Below, piece after piece: positions 19,395 through 29,540 of a stretch of DNA of 64,000 nucleotides. The notes under the pieces were generated by a model. It made no database searches. It saw only the letters and a program-made list of their open reading frames with translations, and had not been told where the DNA came from. The DNA is from a virus. Both the position numbers and the translations under genes were made by a program. The DNA is taken from positions 1 through 64,000 of IMG/VR virus record IMGVR_UViG_3300044614_001341. One strand, 5' to 3'. The stretch's first letter is position 1. Every line of letters begins with the position of its first letter.

Positions 19395-19681
19395 AGGTTC
19401 TCTTCCTGTTCAGTGAGAATTACACAATCACTGGTTGGATATGCTACGCAGGTAAGCACCCATCCATCCGCCAGTTGATCGTCATCAAGAAACGATTGCT
19501 CCTCATTATCGACAGTACCGCTGATGAGTTTGCCAGCACAAGCAGAGCAAGCACCCGCTTTGCATGAAGAAGGGAGGTCAACGCCTGCCTCTTCTGCTGC
19601 TTCAAGAATGTATTGATCAGGGGCACACTGGATAGTGGTTTCGGTGCCGTCAGGGGTTTGAAGTGTAACGTTGAATGTCAT
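19391..19681 (-). CDS. petF: Plant-type [2Fe-2S] ferredoxin
   Basis: [16 protein letters not shown]...[10 protein letters not shown]. Confidence 0.97.
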   Translation of the reverse strand: MTFNVTLQTPDGTETTIQCAPDQYILEAAEEAGVDLPSSCKAGACSACAGKLISGTVDNEEQSFLDDDQLADGWVLTCVAYPTSDCVILTEQEENL

Positions 19682-19682
19682 T

Positions 19683-19769
19683 TCAATAAGTTTCCGCAAC
19701 TTTCTCTACAGCATAGCATAGAAGCACAAAAAAGGCAACTGATGTAATGGTAAAAATTGTTTCAGTCAT
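19683..19769 (-). CDS. 28-aa single-TM microprotein
   Basis: [28 protein letters not shown]; fills the hli-petF gap exactly (TGATG coupling). Confidence 0.6.
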   Translation of the reverse strand: MTETIFTITSVAFFVLLCYAVEKVAETY

Positions 19770-19963
19770 CAGAAGATACCGAAGAAGAAGTTGCCAGTGC
19801 TAACATAAGAAATGATGCCAGCAACAAAACCGACCATTGCCCAGCGTCCATTAGTGCGCTCCTTTACTTGATTGGGTGTGAGCATACCATAGTTCTCATA
19901 ATACATGGCAGGCTCTTTGGCAAACATATTCTGTTGCCCAAACTCATTAGTTGTTACAGTCAT
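19769..19963 (-). CDS. hli: High-light-inducible protein
   Basis: NMFAKEP N-terminus, KERTNGRWAMVGF, GNFFFGIF. Confidence 0.92.
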   Translation of the reverse strand: MTVTTNEFGQQNMFAKEPAMYYENYGMLTPNQVKERTNGRWAMVGFVAGIISYVSTGNFFFGIF

Positions 19964-20061
19964 TGTACATTCGTTAAGAATTGTTACAATATTATATAGC
20001 AAAAAGAAAGGGGCGTCAAGCCCCTTAGTGTAAGCATTTATACTTATTTTGTTAAGATCCT

Positions 20062-20853
20062 CTAACTTTCAGATTGTGAAGAGTTGGTTATACGACCCAA
20101 ATAAGGATCATAGGTCATCAAATCATCAATATTCATCTCATATCCTTGTTGCTCCCAAAATTTACGCAGACCATCATGACTTGCTCGATGAAAAATATCG
20201 ATGTGTTCTGGATGAATAGAAGAACCTAATTCAATTCTATAAAGAAATAAAGGTATAGAAAAAGTATTACCAGAATTATAAATCAAATCGTCGGCAACTG
20301 GACGTGGTTTTACACCTTGATCTAGTTTATATTTTTCACCACGAACGTGAAACTTTATAAGTTTTTCTGCATGATGACGAGTAATCATGTACGCAGCAGT
20401 AGAAAAATTATTCACAAATCTTTTATGAAGTTTGACATGAATATCACCAGTGCAGATGATAGCAAGTTGAACAACATCCCAATCGTAAGGAACCTTTGCT
20501 GCAAAATCTGCCCAAGTAAAATTCCAGAATCTCGCAAGTTGCAAATCAACATCATCTTCCATGATGATTGCATAAGGGGAATCGGAAGTTTCATACCAAT
20601 GTTTGATTGCTTTAAGGTGTGAAGTTGTACATCCAATTTCTCCAGATGTCATCATTTCTGGATAACGACCTTTAATAATGTCACTAAGATCATCATCTCT
20701 ACCATCATACGCAGAGATCCTTTCGTAATTCTCAATCCCCCAATATTTAAATTGGTCTTCCATATATTGTTTTCTTTCTGGTTGCCCATCTAAATTTAGA
20801 TAATATATCGGTCCAATATTTTTGAGTTTATAGGAAGATTTATTTTTGTCCAT
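20062..20853 (-). CDS. Glycosyltransferase family 25
   Basis: YYLNLD...R, GEIGCTTSH, IIMEDD. Confidence 0.88.
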   Translation of the reverse strand: MDKNKSSYKLKNIGPIYYLNLDGQPERKQYMEDQFKYWGIENYERISAYDGRDDDLSDIIKGRYPEMMTSGEIGCTTSHLKAIKHWYETSDSPYAIIMEDDVDLQLARFWNFTWADFAAKVPYDWDVVQLAIICTGDIHVKLHKRFVNNFSTAAYMITRHHAEKLIKFHVRGEKYKLDQGVKPRPVADDLIYNSGNTFSIPLFLYRIELGSSIHPEHIDIFHRASHDGLRKFWEQQGYEMNIDDLMTYDPYLGRITNSSQSES

Positions 20854-21659
20854 TAGATTCTAACCCAACTTTCTGGAATAACATCTTTAGTATTTTTATC
20901 TTTATTATCTTTGCCAAACCATTGAAGTGGTGCAACAACATTATAAGATCCTGATAACCAGGCACCCCACCAAGAGAATGATGAATTAGCAATGATATGA
21001 TACTTACACAAACTCATCAAACAAAGATCTACATAATGATCTCCAGATTCAGAAATCATAAAGCGATCACCCGAAAAAAGTTCTTGTGCGTTACACCACT
21101 CAACATCATCAGTAAACAAAAGAACTGGAAGAGAATCATCAAATCTAGAAAGAGATTCTTGATAATACTCAAGACTCAGTGCAGTGTGATTTGGATTTTG
21201 AAGGTAATCAGTGCGCCGAACGTGCAGACTGATTGCTTCACCAATTGAACCAATCATCTCTTTACAAGGTTCTAAAATTTCATCTTTGAAGGAAAAGTCT
21301 GTGCGAATCTCATCTTCAATATGTTTAAAGTATTTTTCAGACTGAAAGAATCCAGCAAGACTAATCTCATCAGGGCACATCGTGAAGAGTGTTTCATCAA
21401 AATGAAAATGTTTCTCTTCTGCTACTGGTGCATATCCCCTATCCAAAAGTTTAATGTTATGAGGAAGAACATACAACATTTTGAATGGATAAAAGAGTTC
21501 AATCTTCAAATCGAACCCATAAGGATCTTTGACAACTTGATTGTGATTAGGAATACAAAAATCATATCCACGATTTCGAGCAATACCTCTTAATGAGGCA
21601 TACTGAAACATTTGATTTCCCAAACGTCCCAGTTTTCCAAGATGATTAAACGCTAGCAT
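20853..21659 (-). CDS. Alpha-1,2-fucosyltransferase-like (GT11)
   Basis: GRLGNQMFQYA, HVRRTDY, IANSSFSWWGAWL. Confidence 0.92.
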   Translation of the reverse strand: MLAFNHLGKLGRLGNQMFQYASLRGIARNRGYDFCIPNHNQVVKDPYGFDLKIELFYPFKMLYVLPHNIKLLDRGYAPVAEEKHFHFDETLFTMCPDEISLAGFFQSEKYFKHIEDEIRTDFSFKDEILEPCKEMIGSIGEAISLHVRRTDYLQNPNHTALSLEYYQESLSRFDDSLPVLLFTDDVEWCNAQELFSGDRFMISESGDHYVDLCLMSLCKYHIIANSSFSWWGAWLSGSYNVVAPLQWFGKDNKDKNTKDVIPESWVRI

Positions 21660-22485
21660 TTAGTTGATTTCTCCTCTTTTTTACATATTTTTGTTGCTCA
21701 AAATAATTCACCAACCTTTCTTTATCCCAAGTTCGTATTACATTCCATAAGTTAGTATTTTCTTGCCACTTGGGATTATGGTAATGAGAATTAAAAGTTC
21801 TATAATGATTTAAATGATAGCACATATCATTAACTCTACCAACTTTACATCCCATAACTTGAATTCTATATAAAAATTCACAATCTTCTGGACCCCATGC
21901 CATAAAATTTTCGTTCCACATGTATGAATCAATCTCAGATTGACGACGTATCATTTGACCCAAACCCATTACAGATGGACAAATATTACATCCAGGATTT
22001 AAAACAGTCAAATCAAATTTAGTTTGAATAAATTCATGAAACATTTCAACTGAATAATCTACAAGATATTGATAGACCCCAACACCATAACAATAAACTG
22101 CATCATAATTTCCACCATTTATCATACTGTAAGCAGTTTTATAGCTACTAACTGGTAGTAAATGATCTATATCATAATTATAAACTATATCAGTTTTAGA
22201 TGCTAAAAGAAGATCATTTAAAATTCGAGTTTTATGAAAAAAGGATTCTTCCGATTTTTCAAAAATATGCTCAATATTTTTAGGAAAATAACCAAAAATA
22301 TTTTTAATAAAAGGTATTACTCTCTCAGAAAAAATTGATTGGTTATCATTTTCTTTTACAATGATTGGACATTCTGGAAAATTATAATGCAGATAACCAA
22401 TAGTAGTAATAATATTTTTAAGTCTATCCTCACTTTCAATTCTACAAGGCATTAAAAATGTAAGATTATTCATAACAAACCTCAA
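21646..22485 (-). CDS. Glycosyltransferase (GT2/GT7-like)
   Basis: YDID DXD motif, WNENFMAWGPED. Confidence 0.8.
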   Translation of the reverse strand: MRFVMNNLTFLMPCRIESEDRLKNIITTIGYLHYNFPECPIIVKENDNQSIFSERVIPFIKNIFGYFPKNIEHIFEKSEESFFHKTRILNDLLLASKTDIVYNYDIDHLLPVSSYKTAYSMINGGNYDAVYCYGVGVYQYLVDYSVEMFHEFIQTKFDLTVLNPGCNICPSVMGLGQMIRRQSEIDSYMWNENFMAWGPEDCEFLYRIQVMGCKVGRVNDMCYHLNHYRTFNSHYHNPKWQENTNLWNVIRTWDKERLVNYFEQQKYVKKRRNQLNASV

Positions 22486-23317
22486 TCCAAGTATCAGGAA
22501 TTAGATCACTCATATCATAATGATCATAAAATTTACCAAACCAAGGTTTAGGTGCAATTATTGGTTGTGTTGGTTTGTCAATTAACCATGCTCCCCACCA
22601 ACTTAAAGTGCTATTTGCAATGATACCTCCACTACAAAGAGACATCATACATAAATCAAAATAAGGAATCAAACTATTTTGTTTTCCGTATAAGGTATCC
22701 GATACCTGCGGATACCTTTCATTATATTCAGACAACATAAATCTATCATCTTTAAAAAACTGTTGCTCAGAGCACCATTCAATATCATCAGAGAAAACAA
22801 GAACTGTTCTTTTGTCATCAAAATAATTCAGTGCTTTTTTATAGTATGAAATAGGGCATATTGGATGAGCATCTAAATTGACAGAATAATCTCCTCTTCT
22901 TACATGAATAAAAATTGGATTTTCTAATTCATTAATAATTTCTTTACAAGGATTAAGTATTTGCCCTTTAAAGGTATAATCTTTTTTTATTAAATCTTTA
23001 ATATTTAAAAAATATTTTTGTGTAGTAAAATAATCATGAAGATTTACATTATCTGGACAAGCATCAAAAAACTCTTGGATGAAATGAAACTGACCTGTTG
23101 AAATACTTTGGGCATTCAAAAAACCAAAATTACTCTCCTGAACTGAACTCATCTCAAAACAATCAAAGAGTCCATAATTCGAATCTCCATAATTATCTGG
23201 TCTAGGAATTAACCAATCAAATCCTCGATTTGCAGCAATGCCACGCAAACCAGCGTATTGGAACATCTGGTTTCCTAGACGTCCATTTGAACCCAATCTA
23301 TTATAACTTATTGCCAT
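22466..23317 (-). CDS. Alpha-1,2-fucosyltransferase-like (GT11), second copy
   Basis: GRLGNQMFQYA, HVRRGDY, IANSTLSWWGAWL. Confidence 0.92.
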   Translation of the reverse strand: MAISYNRLGSNGRLGNQMFQYAGLRGIAANRGFDWLIPRPDNYGDSNYGLFDCFEMSSVQESNFGFLNAQSISTGQFHFIQEFFDACPDNVNLHDYFTTQKYFLNIKDLIKKDYTFKGQILNPCKEIINELENPIFIHVRRGDYSVNLDAHPICPISYYKKALNYFDDKRTVLVFSDDIEWCSEQQFFKDDRFMLSEYNERYPQVSDTLYGKQNSLIPYFDLCMMSLCSGGIIANSTLSWWGAWLIDKPTQPIIAPKPWFGKFYDHYDMSDLIPDTWIEVCYE

Positions 23318-23937
23318 CAGTTTCTCCGAACATAAAGAGCATCACCCCAAATATCACCAGACCATTCAGTTTCAACTCTTTCCATTTTATAAGTTGCTAA
23401 GAAATCATCTAACTGTTCAACATAAGCATTATTTTCATAAACCTCATCACGATTTACTTCACAATAAACATAATCTACATGATTTAAAGTTTCAGCACCA
23501 CCTTTTAATACTTCAAGTTCATATCCTTGAACATCCATATTAATAAAATTAAAATTTGAAGTCTCTTCACTAAAACTATCAAGACGTTTCATTTCAACTT
23601 CTTCAACGCCATTGAAATGTACCGTGGGATGATTTTGCAAATGTTTTTTTGGTTTTAAGATGGAACTACTCATTTGTTCATTATCACTCAAATACATAGA
23701 AACCATCTTTTCTTCATTACCCAATGCAACTTGATGTGCAGATATATTTGCATTTGCATCTCTAAGATTCTGTTCTAGAACTTCAAAGTTATAACTAAGA
23801 GGTTCAAACATTATAATATCTTGAATACCACTGTTAATGTAGTCTTCAACTTCTTCTCCATGATGGGCACCAATATGAATAATTCCTTTAATATTCATAT
23901 TGTACTTGGTTTTAAGATATTTAAAATTGAGTATCAT
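23317..23937 (-). CDS. FkbM-family methyltransferase
   Basis: HIGAHHG, FEP, INMDVQGYELEVLKG. Confidence 0.9.
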   Translation of the reverse strand: MILNFKYLKTKYNMNIKGIIHIGAHHGEEVEDYINSGIQDIIMFEPLSYNFEVLEQNLRDANANISAHQVALGNEEKMVSMYLSDNEQMSSSILKPKKHLQNHPTVHFNGVEEVEMKRLDSFSEETSNFNFINMDVQGYELEVLKGGAETLNHVDYVYCEVNRDEVYENNAYVEQLDDFLATYKMERVETEWSGDIWGDALYVRRN

Positions 23938-24764
23938 AATTCTTGTAAATAAGTTTTGTAAATGTAATCTTCGTTGATTGGATAATTTTTAACTATCTCC
24001 AAATTATCCTTTACTGCTTCCAGTTTATCATAATAAAGTTCTGGCGTCAATGATGAAATATCAAAATCATCATTAAGTATAATAATACCATCGAGATTAA
24101 AAAACTTACCTATATCAGGCGATCCGTAATAAATTGGAATCGTTCCAGTTGCAAAACAGTCTTGAATTTTTTCAGTAAAGTATGTTTCATAAGAAGCGTT
24201 TTCAATCGCAATAGAAAACATATAGTCTGCTAGACCTTCTTCTTTAGATTGAATCTCATTGAATCCACGACCATAAAAATCAACTTGATCTTGAAATTTT
24301 TTTACCAAGGTTAAACGATGCTGATGCCCAGCACAAATTAATTTATTGGAGCAGATAGCTGAAACCAATTTACTTTTTTCATAAAGTTTTGGTTCGACAA
24401 TCCAACTACCATATAATGGAGCAAACTTAAATTTAGAATGAAGTTGAAGTAGTTCTTGATTATGAGTAAAGATGGCATCATAGACACGTATATAGTGAAG
24501 ATAATTTCTTTTCATATCTTCAACTACATTCAATTTTATTTCTCTAGACTCTAATAACCAAGCATATTTTTTCTTGCTTGTATCATCGTCAAAGGCAAAA
24601 GCAACATAGTCGTCAACATAAAAAGTATCTTCTGCGCCAGCATCTACCCACTCAATATATTTGGATTCTTGTTTATAAATGGAAGATCCGGTGTTTCCAT
24701 TATTATAATGATTGAACCCACCACCAACTAAATTATACTGTTTTTTATCAGTCATATTAAACAT
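23934..24764 (-). CDS. GT10-like (alpha-1,3-fucosyltransferase) protein
   Basis: YMFSIAIEN..YFTEKI.D.F..GTIPIYYG. Confidence 0.85.
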   Translation of the reverse strand: MFNMTDKKQYNLVGGGFNHYNNGNTGSSIYKQESKYIEWVDAGAEDTFYVDDYVAFAFDDDTSKKKYAWLLESREIKLNVVEDMKRNYLHYIRVYDAIFTHNQELLQLHSKFKFAPLYGSWIVEPKLYEKSKLVSAICSNKLICAGHQHRLTLVKKFQDQVDFYGRGFNEIQSKEEGLADYMFSIAIENASYETYFTEKIQDCFATGTIPIYYGSPDIGKFFNLDGIIILNDDFDISSLTPELYYDKLEAVKDNLEIVKNYPINEDYIYKTYLQEL

Positions 24765-24776
24765 TCTGTAATAATA

Positions 24777-25643
24777 TTAAACATAATGATTAACTATTGC
24801 GTTAAGTGTTTCAATATTCAAAGTCCTGTGTAGGAAAATTTCATCTTTACAAAACTGAATGCATTTTCCGCCGAGAACTGCATTATTTCCATATAAATCA
24901 GAGCAACCAGTATGGTCCAATAAATGAATAGGAACTTCGGAACAAATTAATGATAAAAGAGCAGTTCCTGTTGATTGTGTAATATATGAAACACACCTAT
25001 TTTTATCTTTTATCAAATAAACAAAATCTCTCAACTTTTCCACATAAACGCAACCATTTTTCTTAGAAAATTCTTCTGTACCATAACCAACGACAAATAT
25101 ATTGGTTGTTATATGTTCTTTTAATTTGCAAATAAGATTTTCAAAAAAAGTTGGTTGAAAATTTTTATGGTTAGCATGATCTCTTGTTCTAAGTCCCAAA
25201 ACAATATATTTTTCTGGTTTTTGAATACTAACATTAGATAAATCAAATCCATCAAATATTTCATTATAATCTTGATAATAACGAATATATTTTCCATTGC
25301 TATCAACAAAAGATTTTGCATCTAGAAAAGAAAAACAATTGGAATTGCCACTTGTTTTTAATGCAGTCCAATCATCTACAATATCTTCATTTTTTATTTC
25401 TATTTTTTGAAACTCTTCATAAGAGATAACTTTATCAAAAATTTTTGAATAAAAAAATACTCTATCTGATGATGTTACTGCAATATAGTTATTTGAATTA
25501 ATTTGTCCGGTTTTAATTAATTTAATAAAATCAATTCTACTACCAACTACTTCCCAACCCAATTCAAAATAAACTGATAACGATGAACTATCATCATTAG
25601 ATACGCCTTTCTTTAAAGATTTTCCGAGAATAACATAATTCAT
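24777..25643 (-). CDS. Hypothetical protein in glycan cluster
   Basis: 288-aa ORF, AT-rich, translationally coupled. Confidence 0.7.
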   Translation of the reverse strand: MNYVILGKSLKKGVSNDDSSSLSVYFELGWEVVGSRIDFIKLIKTGQINSNNYIAVTSSDRVFFYSKIFDKVISYEEFQKIEIKNEDIVDDWTALKTSGNSNCFSFLDAKSFVDSNGKYIRYYQDYNEIFDGFDLSNVSIQKPEKYIVLGLRTRDHANHKNFQPTFFENLICKLKEHITTNIFVVGYGTEEFSKKNGCVYVEKLRDFVYLIKDKNRCVSYITQSTGTALLSLICSEVPIHLLDHTGCSDLYGNNAVLGGKCIQFCKDEIFLHRTLNIETLNAIVNHYV

Positions 25644-26410
25644 TAGTTTTCTCCACTATTAATAATAGTCCAATCTTTTAAAAAATTTGTCGATATTCCA
25701 CAATTACTGTAATTATACAAATACTTTTTAATTCCTGTTTGAGATATAAATTTTGAAAGGCATGAAAAAGAACTACCAACTAAATGAATTTCTTGAGCAT
25801 TTTGAATTAAAGGTACATAATCAAAAAAAGGAAGATCAATTACACTTTCAGCAATGTCATAGTACTCATGATTTTTGTGATACAAATTTTTAGAAGGACA
25901 TAATAATACATTATCTGTGCTTATGTTAGAAATAATTCTGTCAGTATAATCCACTAGAGATGTTTTTCCATGAACAAAAATATAATCATACTTTTCAATA
26001 ATATTATTAAAGTATTCATTCTCATATAATCTTTTTGGTAAAGAAAAATACCTTTCATATATTTCCAATTCCAATCCCAAATCCATATAAAAATTGTCTG
26101 GCAAATGATCAAATGAATTATGAGATTCTTTGTATATGCCACAAGTTAATAAATGATATTCATCACCAAAATCATTCACAAATTTATTAATTTCTAAACG
26201 TTCTTGATACTCACTATCATTTGCTAGAGGACTTAGTTTTAAGATATTGATGTTGCCAACATCTTCATACAACCTCAAACAATTTTTAAAATATCTTTCC
26301 TTACAAGCAATATAGATATTCTCATATTTTTTTGCATAATATCTAATTGCAGGACTTATGCAAGTAATATCACCCATGCCCATATGAGTTAAGACAATCG
26401 CATTTTTCAT
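25643..26410 (-). CDS. Putative GT-B glycosyltransferase
   Basis: N-terminal HMGMGD, C-terminal HLVGSSF. Confidence 0.55.
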   Translation of the reverse strand: MKNAIVLTHMGMGDITCISPAIRYYAKKYENIYIACKERYFKNCLRLYEDVGNINILKLSPLANDSEYQERLEINKFVNDFGDEYHLLTCGIYKESHNSFDHLPDNFYMDLGLELEIYERYFSLPKRLYENEYFNNIIEKYDYIFVHGKTSLVDYTDRIISNISTDNVLLCPSKNLYHKNHEYYDIAESVIDLPFFDYVPLIQNAQEIHLVGSSFSCLSKFISQTGIKKYLYNYSNCGISTNFLKDWTIINSGEN

Positions 26411-26416
26411 TATAAT

Positions 26417-26725
26417 TCAATAAGTTTTATGTTTTCTTTGAATGTATTTTCCGTTGTCTAAATCTCCTCCAGAGATAGCATTTTTAATGATTTCTACAAC
26501 CTTTTCATCAACTTCATCTATCAATTGATTTCTTTGTACATTAAGGTCACATGCTTTCTTCAAAGACTCCCATAATCTTTGAGCCCCTTCTTCATCATCA
26601 AAATACTTTGCTTTATATTCTTCAAAGGTCATTCTACGAATTTCATAGAGCAATTCTTGATTATTCCACATTTTTAAATCAACAGTGGTCAATTTATCTA
26701 CTAAAGATCCTAGTGTGTCAGCCAT
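26417..26725 (-). CDS. DUF4254-like helical protein
   Basis: TLGSLVDKL...LKMW...LNVQRNQLIDEVD. Confidence 0.55.
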   Translation of the reverse strand: MADTLGSLVDKLTTVDLKMWNNQELLYEIRRMTFEEYKAKYFDDEEGAQRLWESLKKACDLNVQRNQLIDEVDEKVVEIIKNAISGGDLDNGKYIQRKHKTY

Positions 26726-27341
26726 AATTTTTTCTCCAATTAATTAAGTCGGTTTCATATTCTTCTAGTTCATTTTCTTCCAAAAAAAGTTTTTCCAATT
26801 CAAGAGGTTTTTTAAGTCTTTTTCCTAATTTTTTAACAGGAGATCCTGCATAAACGCTCCATTCTTCTAGATTATCCTTTACTAAAGATAGTGCTCCAAC
26901 AGAAGCACCCTCACCAATGGTAACATTTGGGAGTATGACACTAGATGAACCAATTATAACATGCTTTTCTAAAATAACTTTTCCGATTTTTACTTTTTTA
27001 TATTTTTCCGGGACAGTTGGATTTGTCATGCTTCTCCCCAAATAATCATCAGATGCGCTATAAATTTTAACTCCACTAGACAATCCACTAAAATCTTTCA
27101 ATTCAACATTACCACTACAAGATAAAGAACAACTGTTTGATATATGTACATTTGAACCTATTTTTAAATTCCCATTTGAGGAATTTATAATTGTAAATGC
27201 ATCTATTCTAACATTTGACCCTATTGAAATATTTTCAATTCCATTGATTATACATGATTCGTCAATTAAAATATTTGTACCTAGACTTTTAAATCCAAGA
27301 CATTTCATTTCATGTTCTGTTATGAACCTAGAATTAAACAT
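26718..27341 (-). CDS. Hexapeptide-repeat sugar acetyltransferase
   Basis: IGSNVRID/IGSNVHIS repeats, YAGSPVK. Confidence 0.9.
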   Translation of the reverse strand: MFNSRFITEHEMKCLGFKSLGTNILIDESCIINGIENISIGSNVRIDAFTIINSSNGNLKIGSNVHISNSCSLSCSGNVELKDFSGLSSGVKIYSASDDYLGRSMTNPTVPEKYKKVKIGKVILEKHVIIGSSSVILPNVTIGEGASVGALSLVKDNLEEWSVYAGSPVKKLGKRLKKPLELEKLFLEENELEEYETDLINWRKNYG

Positions 27342-27493
27342 TATGAGAAATCTCCAAGTAAAATTTCCACTCTATATAGAAGAATTTTTTTTATTAATTT
27401 TTTAATTACTTTATCATCATTTATTGGAAATTTCTTGATATAAAAAGAAACTATTTTGCATAAAATTTTAAGTTCTTCTTCCGAAATATCCAC
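27341..27493 (-). CDS. 50-aa hypothetical protein
   Basis: GTG start; fills the gap exactly (MDISEEELKILCKIVSFY...). Confidence 0.45.
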   Translation of the reverse strand: MDISEEELKILCKIVSFYIKKFPINDDKVIKKLIKKILLYRVEILLGDFS

Positions 27494-28582
27494 TTATATT
27501 TTATAGTTTAAAATAGTATTGCAAATATATTCAAGTTGATTTTCAGTTAGATCTGGATAACTTGGGATATTAAATCCTCTCCTACTTATATTTTCTGATA
27601 CTTTATGAGATTGATACCTATGAGAGTACATGGGCATCGTATGAACTGGATAAAATAGAGGTCTTGTATCTATATTATTTTTCTTTAAATATTCTCTAAA
27701 TTTATCTCTCTGCTCTTGATTACATTCAAATATCACACTATTCATCCAATAACTATGTATAGTGTCAGGTTGTTCTTTATGTGTTCGAACATGAGTCCCA
27801 TCAAAAGCGTTGTGATAGTAATCTGCAATTTTTCTTTTTTTACTAATCAATTCATCAGACCTCTCTAATTGAGCCTGTCCAATAGCACAAGCAATATTAG
27901 TCATCCTATAATTATATCCTATAACATCATGCCAATATTGACGATGTTCTGCAAGACCTTGACCTTTCAAGTGGAGTGATCTTAAGTATAGAGTTTCATT
28001 ATTAGTAACAACCATACCACCTTCACCAGCAGTTATAGTCTTATTACCAAAAAAACTATAGGTAGAAATATCTCCAAAAGAACCCACATGTTTTCCTTGA
28101 TAATACGTTCCAAATGCTTCGGCACAATCTTCAACCAAAAATAACCCATTTTCTTGGGCAATTTTGCAAATAGAATTCATATCACAAGATTGACCATACA
28201 AATGGACCACCATGATTGCCTTTGTCTTTGAGGTTATTTTTTTGGTTATTTCTTTTGGATTTATTTGCCAGGTTTCCTCCAAAGAATCCACAAATATGGG
28301 AGTTGCTCCACAATAAACAATAGCATTTACAGAGGCAATATAAGTGAGAGTTGGAACAATTACCTCATCACCAGGACCAATACCTAGTGCAAGAAGTGCC
28401 AAATGCAAAGCGACTGTCCCATTACATACAGAAACAGCATAATCTATATTTGTTTTTTGTGCAAAAGATTTTTCAAAAAGATCTATATATTTTCCTTTAG
28501 AAGAAATCCAAGAAGAATCTAAACATTCATTTACATACTTTTTTTCAAGATTAGTTATTGATGGTTGATATACTGGAATCAT
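27494..28582 (-). CDS. per: GDP-perosamine synthase (DegT/DnrJ PLP aminotransferase)
   Basis: NGTVALHLAL, EDCAEA, SFFGNKTITAGEGG, GYNYRMTN; follows gmd/fcl. Confidence 0.85.
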   Translation of the reverse strand: MIPVYQPSITNLEKKYVNECLDSSWISSKGKYIDLFEKSFAQKTNIDYAVSVCNGTVALHLALLALGIGPGDEVIVPTLTYIASVNAIVYCGATPIFVDSLEETWQINPKEITKKITSKTKAIMVVHLYGQSCDMNSICKIAQENGLFLVEDCAEAFGTYYQGKHVGSFGDISTYSFFGNKTITAGEGGMVVTNNETLYLRSLHLKGQGLAEHRQYWHDVIGYNYRMTNIACAIGQAQLERSDELISKKRKIADYYHNAFDGTHVRTHKEQPDTIHSYWMNSVIFECNQEQRDKFREYLKKNNIDTRPLFYPVHTMPMYSHRYQSHKVSENISRRGFNIPSYPDLTENQLEYICNTILNYKI

Positions 28583-28583
28583 A

Positions 28584-29540
28584 CTAGATATTCCCCAAAT
28601 ACCATTGATAAGTTTTTTTAATACCTTCACGGAGATCAATCTTTGGTCCCCATCCAAGTGCTTTAATTTTATTTACATTCAAAACTTTACGCGGAGTTCC
28701 ATTTGGTTTTGTAGTATCCCACTCAATATCCCCAAAAAAACCAATAACATCAGCAATGGTTTTAGCAAGTTCCTTAATTGTCACATCCTCACCAGTTCCA
28801 ACATTAATTGGTTCTGGACTATTATAATCTTTCATACAAGTAAAACAAGCCTCTGCAAGATCATCAACGTGTAAGAACTCCCTCATTGAAGAACCATCTC
28901 CCCAGAGTTTTACTGAGGGACTGTGCCAAGGACCACCTGGATCTATAATATATCCATCTCTACTTGCATTATGAAACTTTGCAATCATTCCAGGAAGAAC
29001 ATGAGATGTCTCTAAATCAAAGTTGTCATTAGGACCATAAAGATTTGTAGGCATCAATGAAATAGCATTAAACCCATATTGTTTACGATATGCCTGACAC
29101 ATTTTGATACCAGCAATTTTAGCAACTGCATATGCATCATTAGTTGGTTCTAACGGACCAGTCATCAATTGGTCTTCAGTAATCGGTTGAGTTGCAAACT
29201 TAGGATAGATGCACGATGATCCAAGAAACAAAAGTTTTTTAACTCCAAACTTTCTAGCAGCATCGATAATGTTTGATTGAATCATCAAGTTATCATAAAT
29301 GAAATGTGCTGGGTAATCATTATTTGCACCGATCCCACCAACCTTTGCTGCTGCAAGATAAACGTATTCTGGTTCATTTATTCTAAAAAATCGTTCCACA
29401 TCTTCCTGCCTTCTTAAATCCCAATGAGAAGAAGGTGTTGAAAGAATGTTCGTATACCCTTTCATATGAAGCATACGAACAATTGCAGAACCAACTAAAC
29501 CATTGTTTCCAGCAACATAAACGCGACTTTCACTGTCCAT
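28584..29540 (-). CDS. fcl: GDP-L-fucose synthase
   Basis: [38 protein letters not shown]. Confidence 0.95.
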   Translation of the reverse strand: MDSESRVYVAGNNGLVGSAIVRMLHMKGYTNILSTPSSHWDLRRQEDVERFFRINEPEYVYLAAAKVGGIGANNDYPAHFIYDNLMIQSNIIDAARKFGVKKLLFLGSSCIYPKFATQPITEDQLMTGPLEPTNDAYAVAKIAGIKMCQAYRKQYGFNAISLMPTNLYGPNDNFDLETSHVLPGMIAKFHNASRDGYIIDPGGPWHSPSVKLWGDGSSMREFLHVDDLAEACFTCMKDYNSPEPINVGTGEDVTIKELAKTIADVIGFFGDIEWDTTKPNGTPRKVLNVNKIKALGWGPKIDLREGIKKTYQWYLGNI

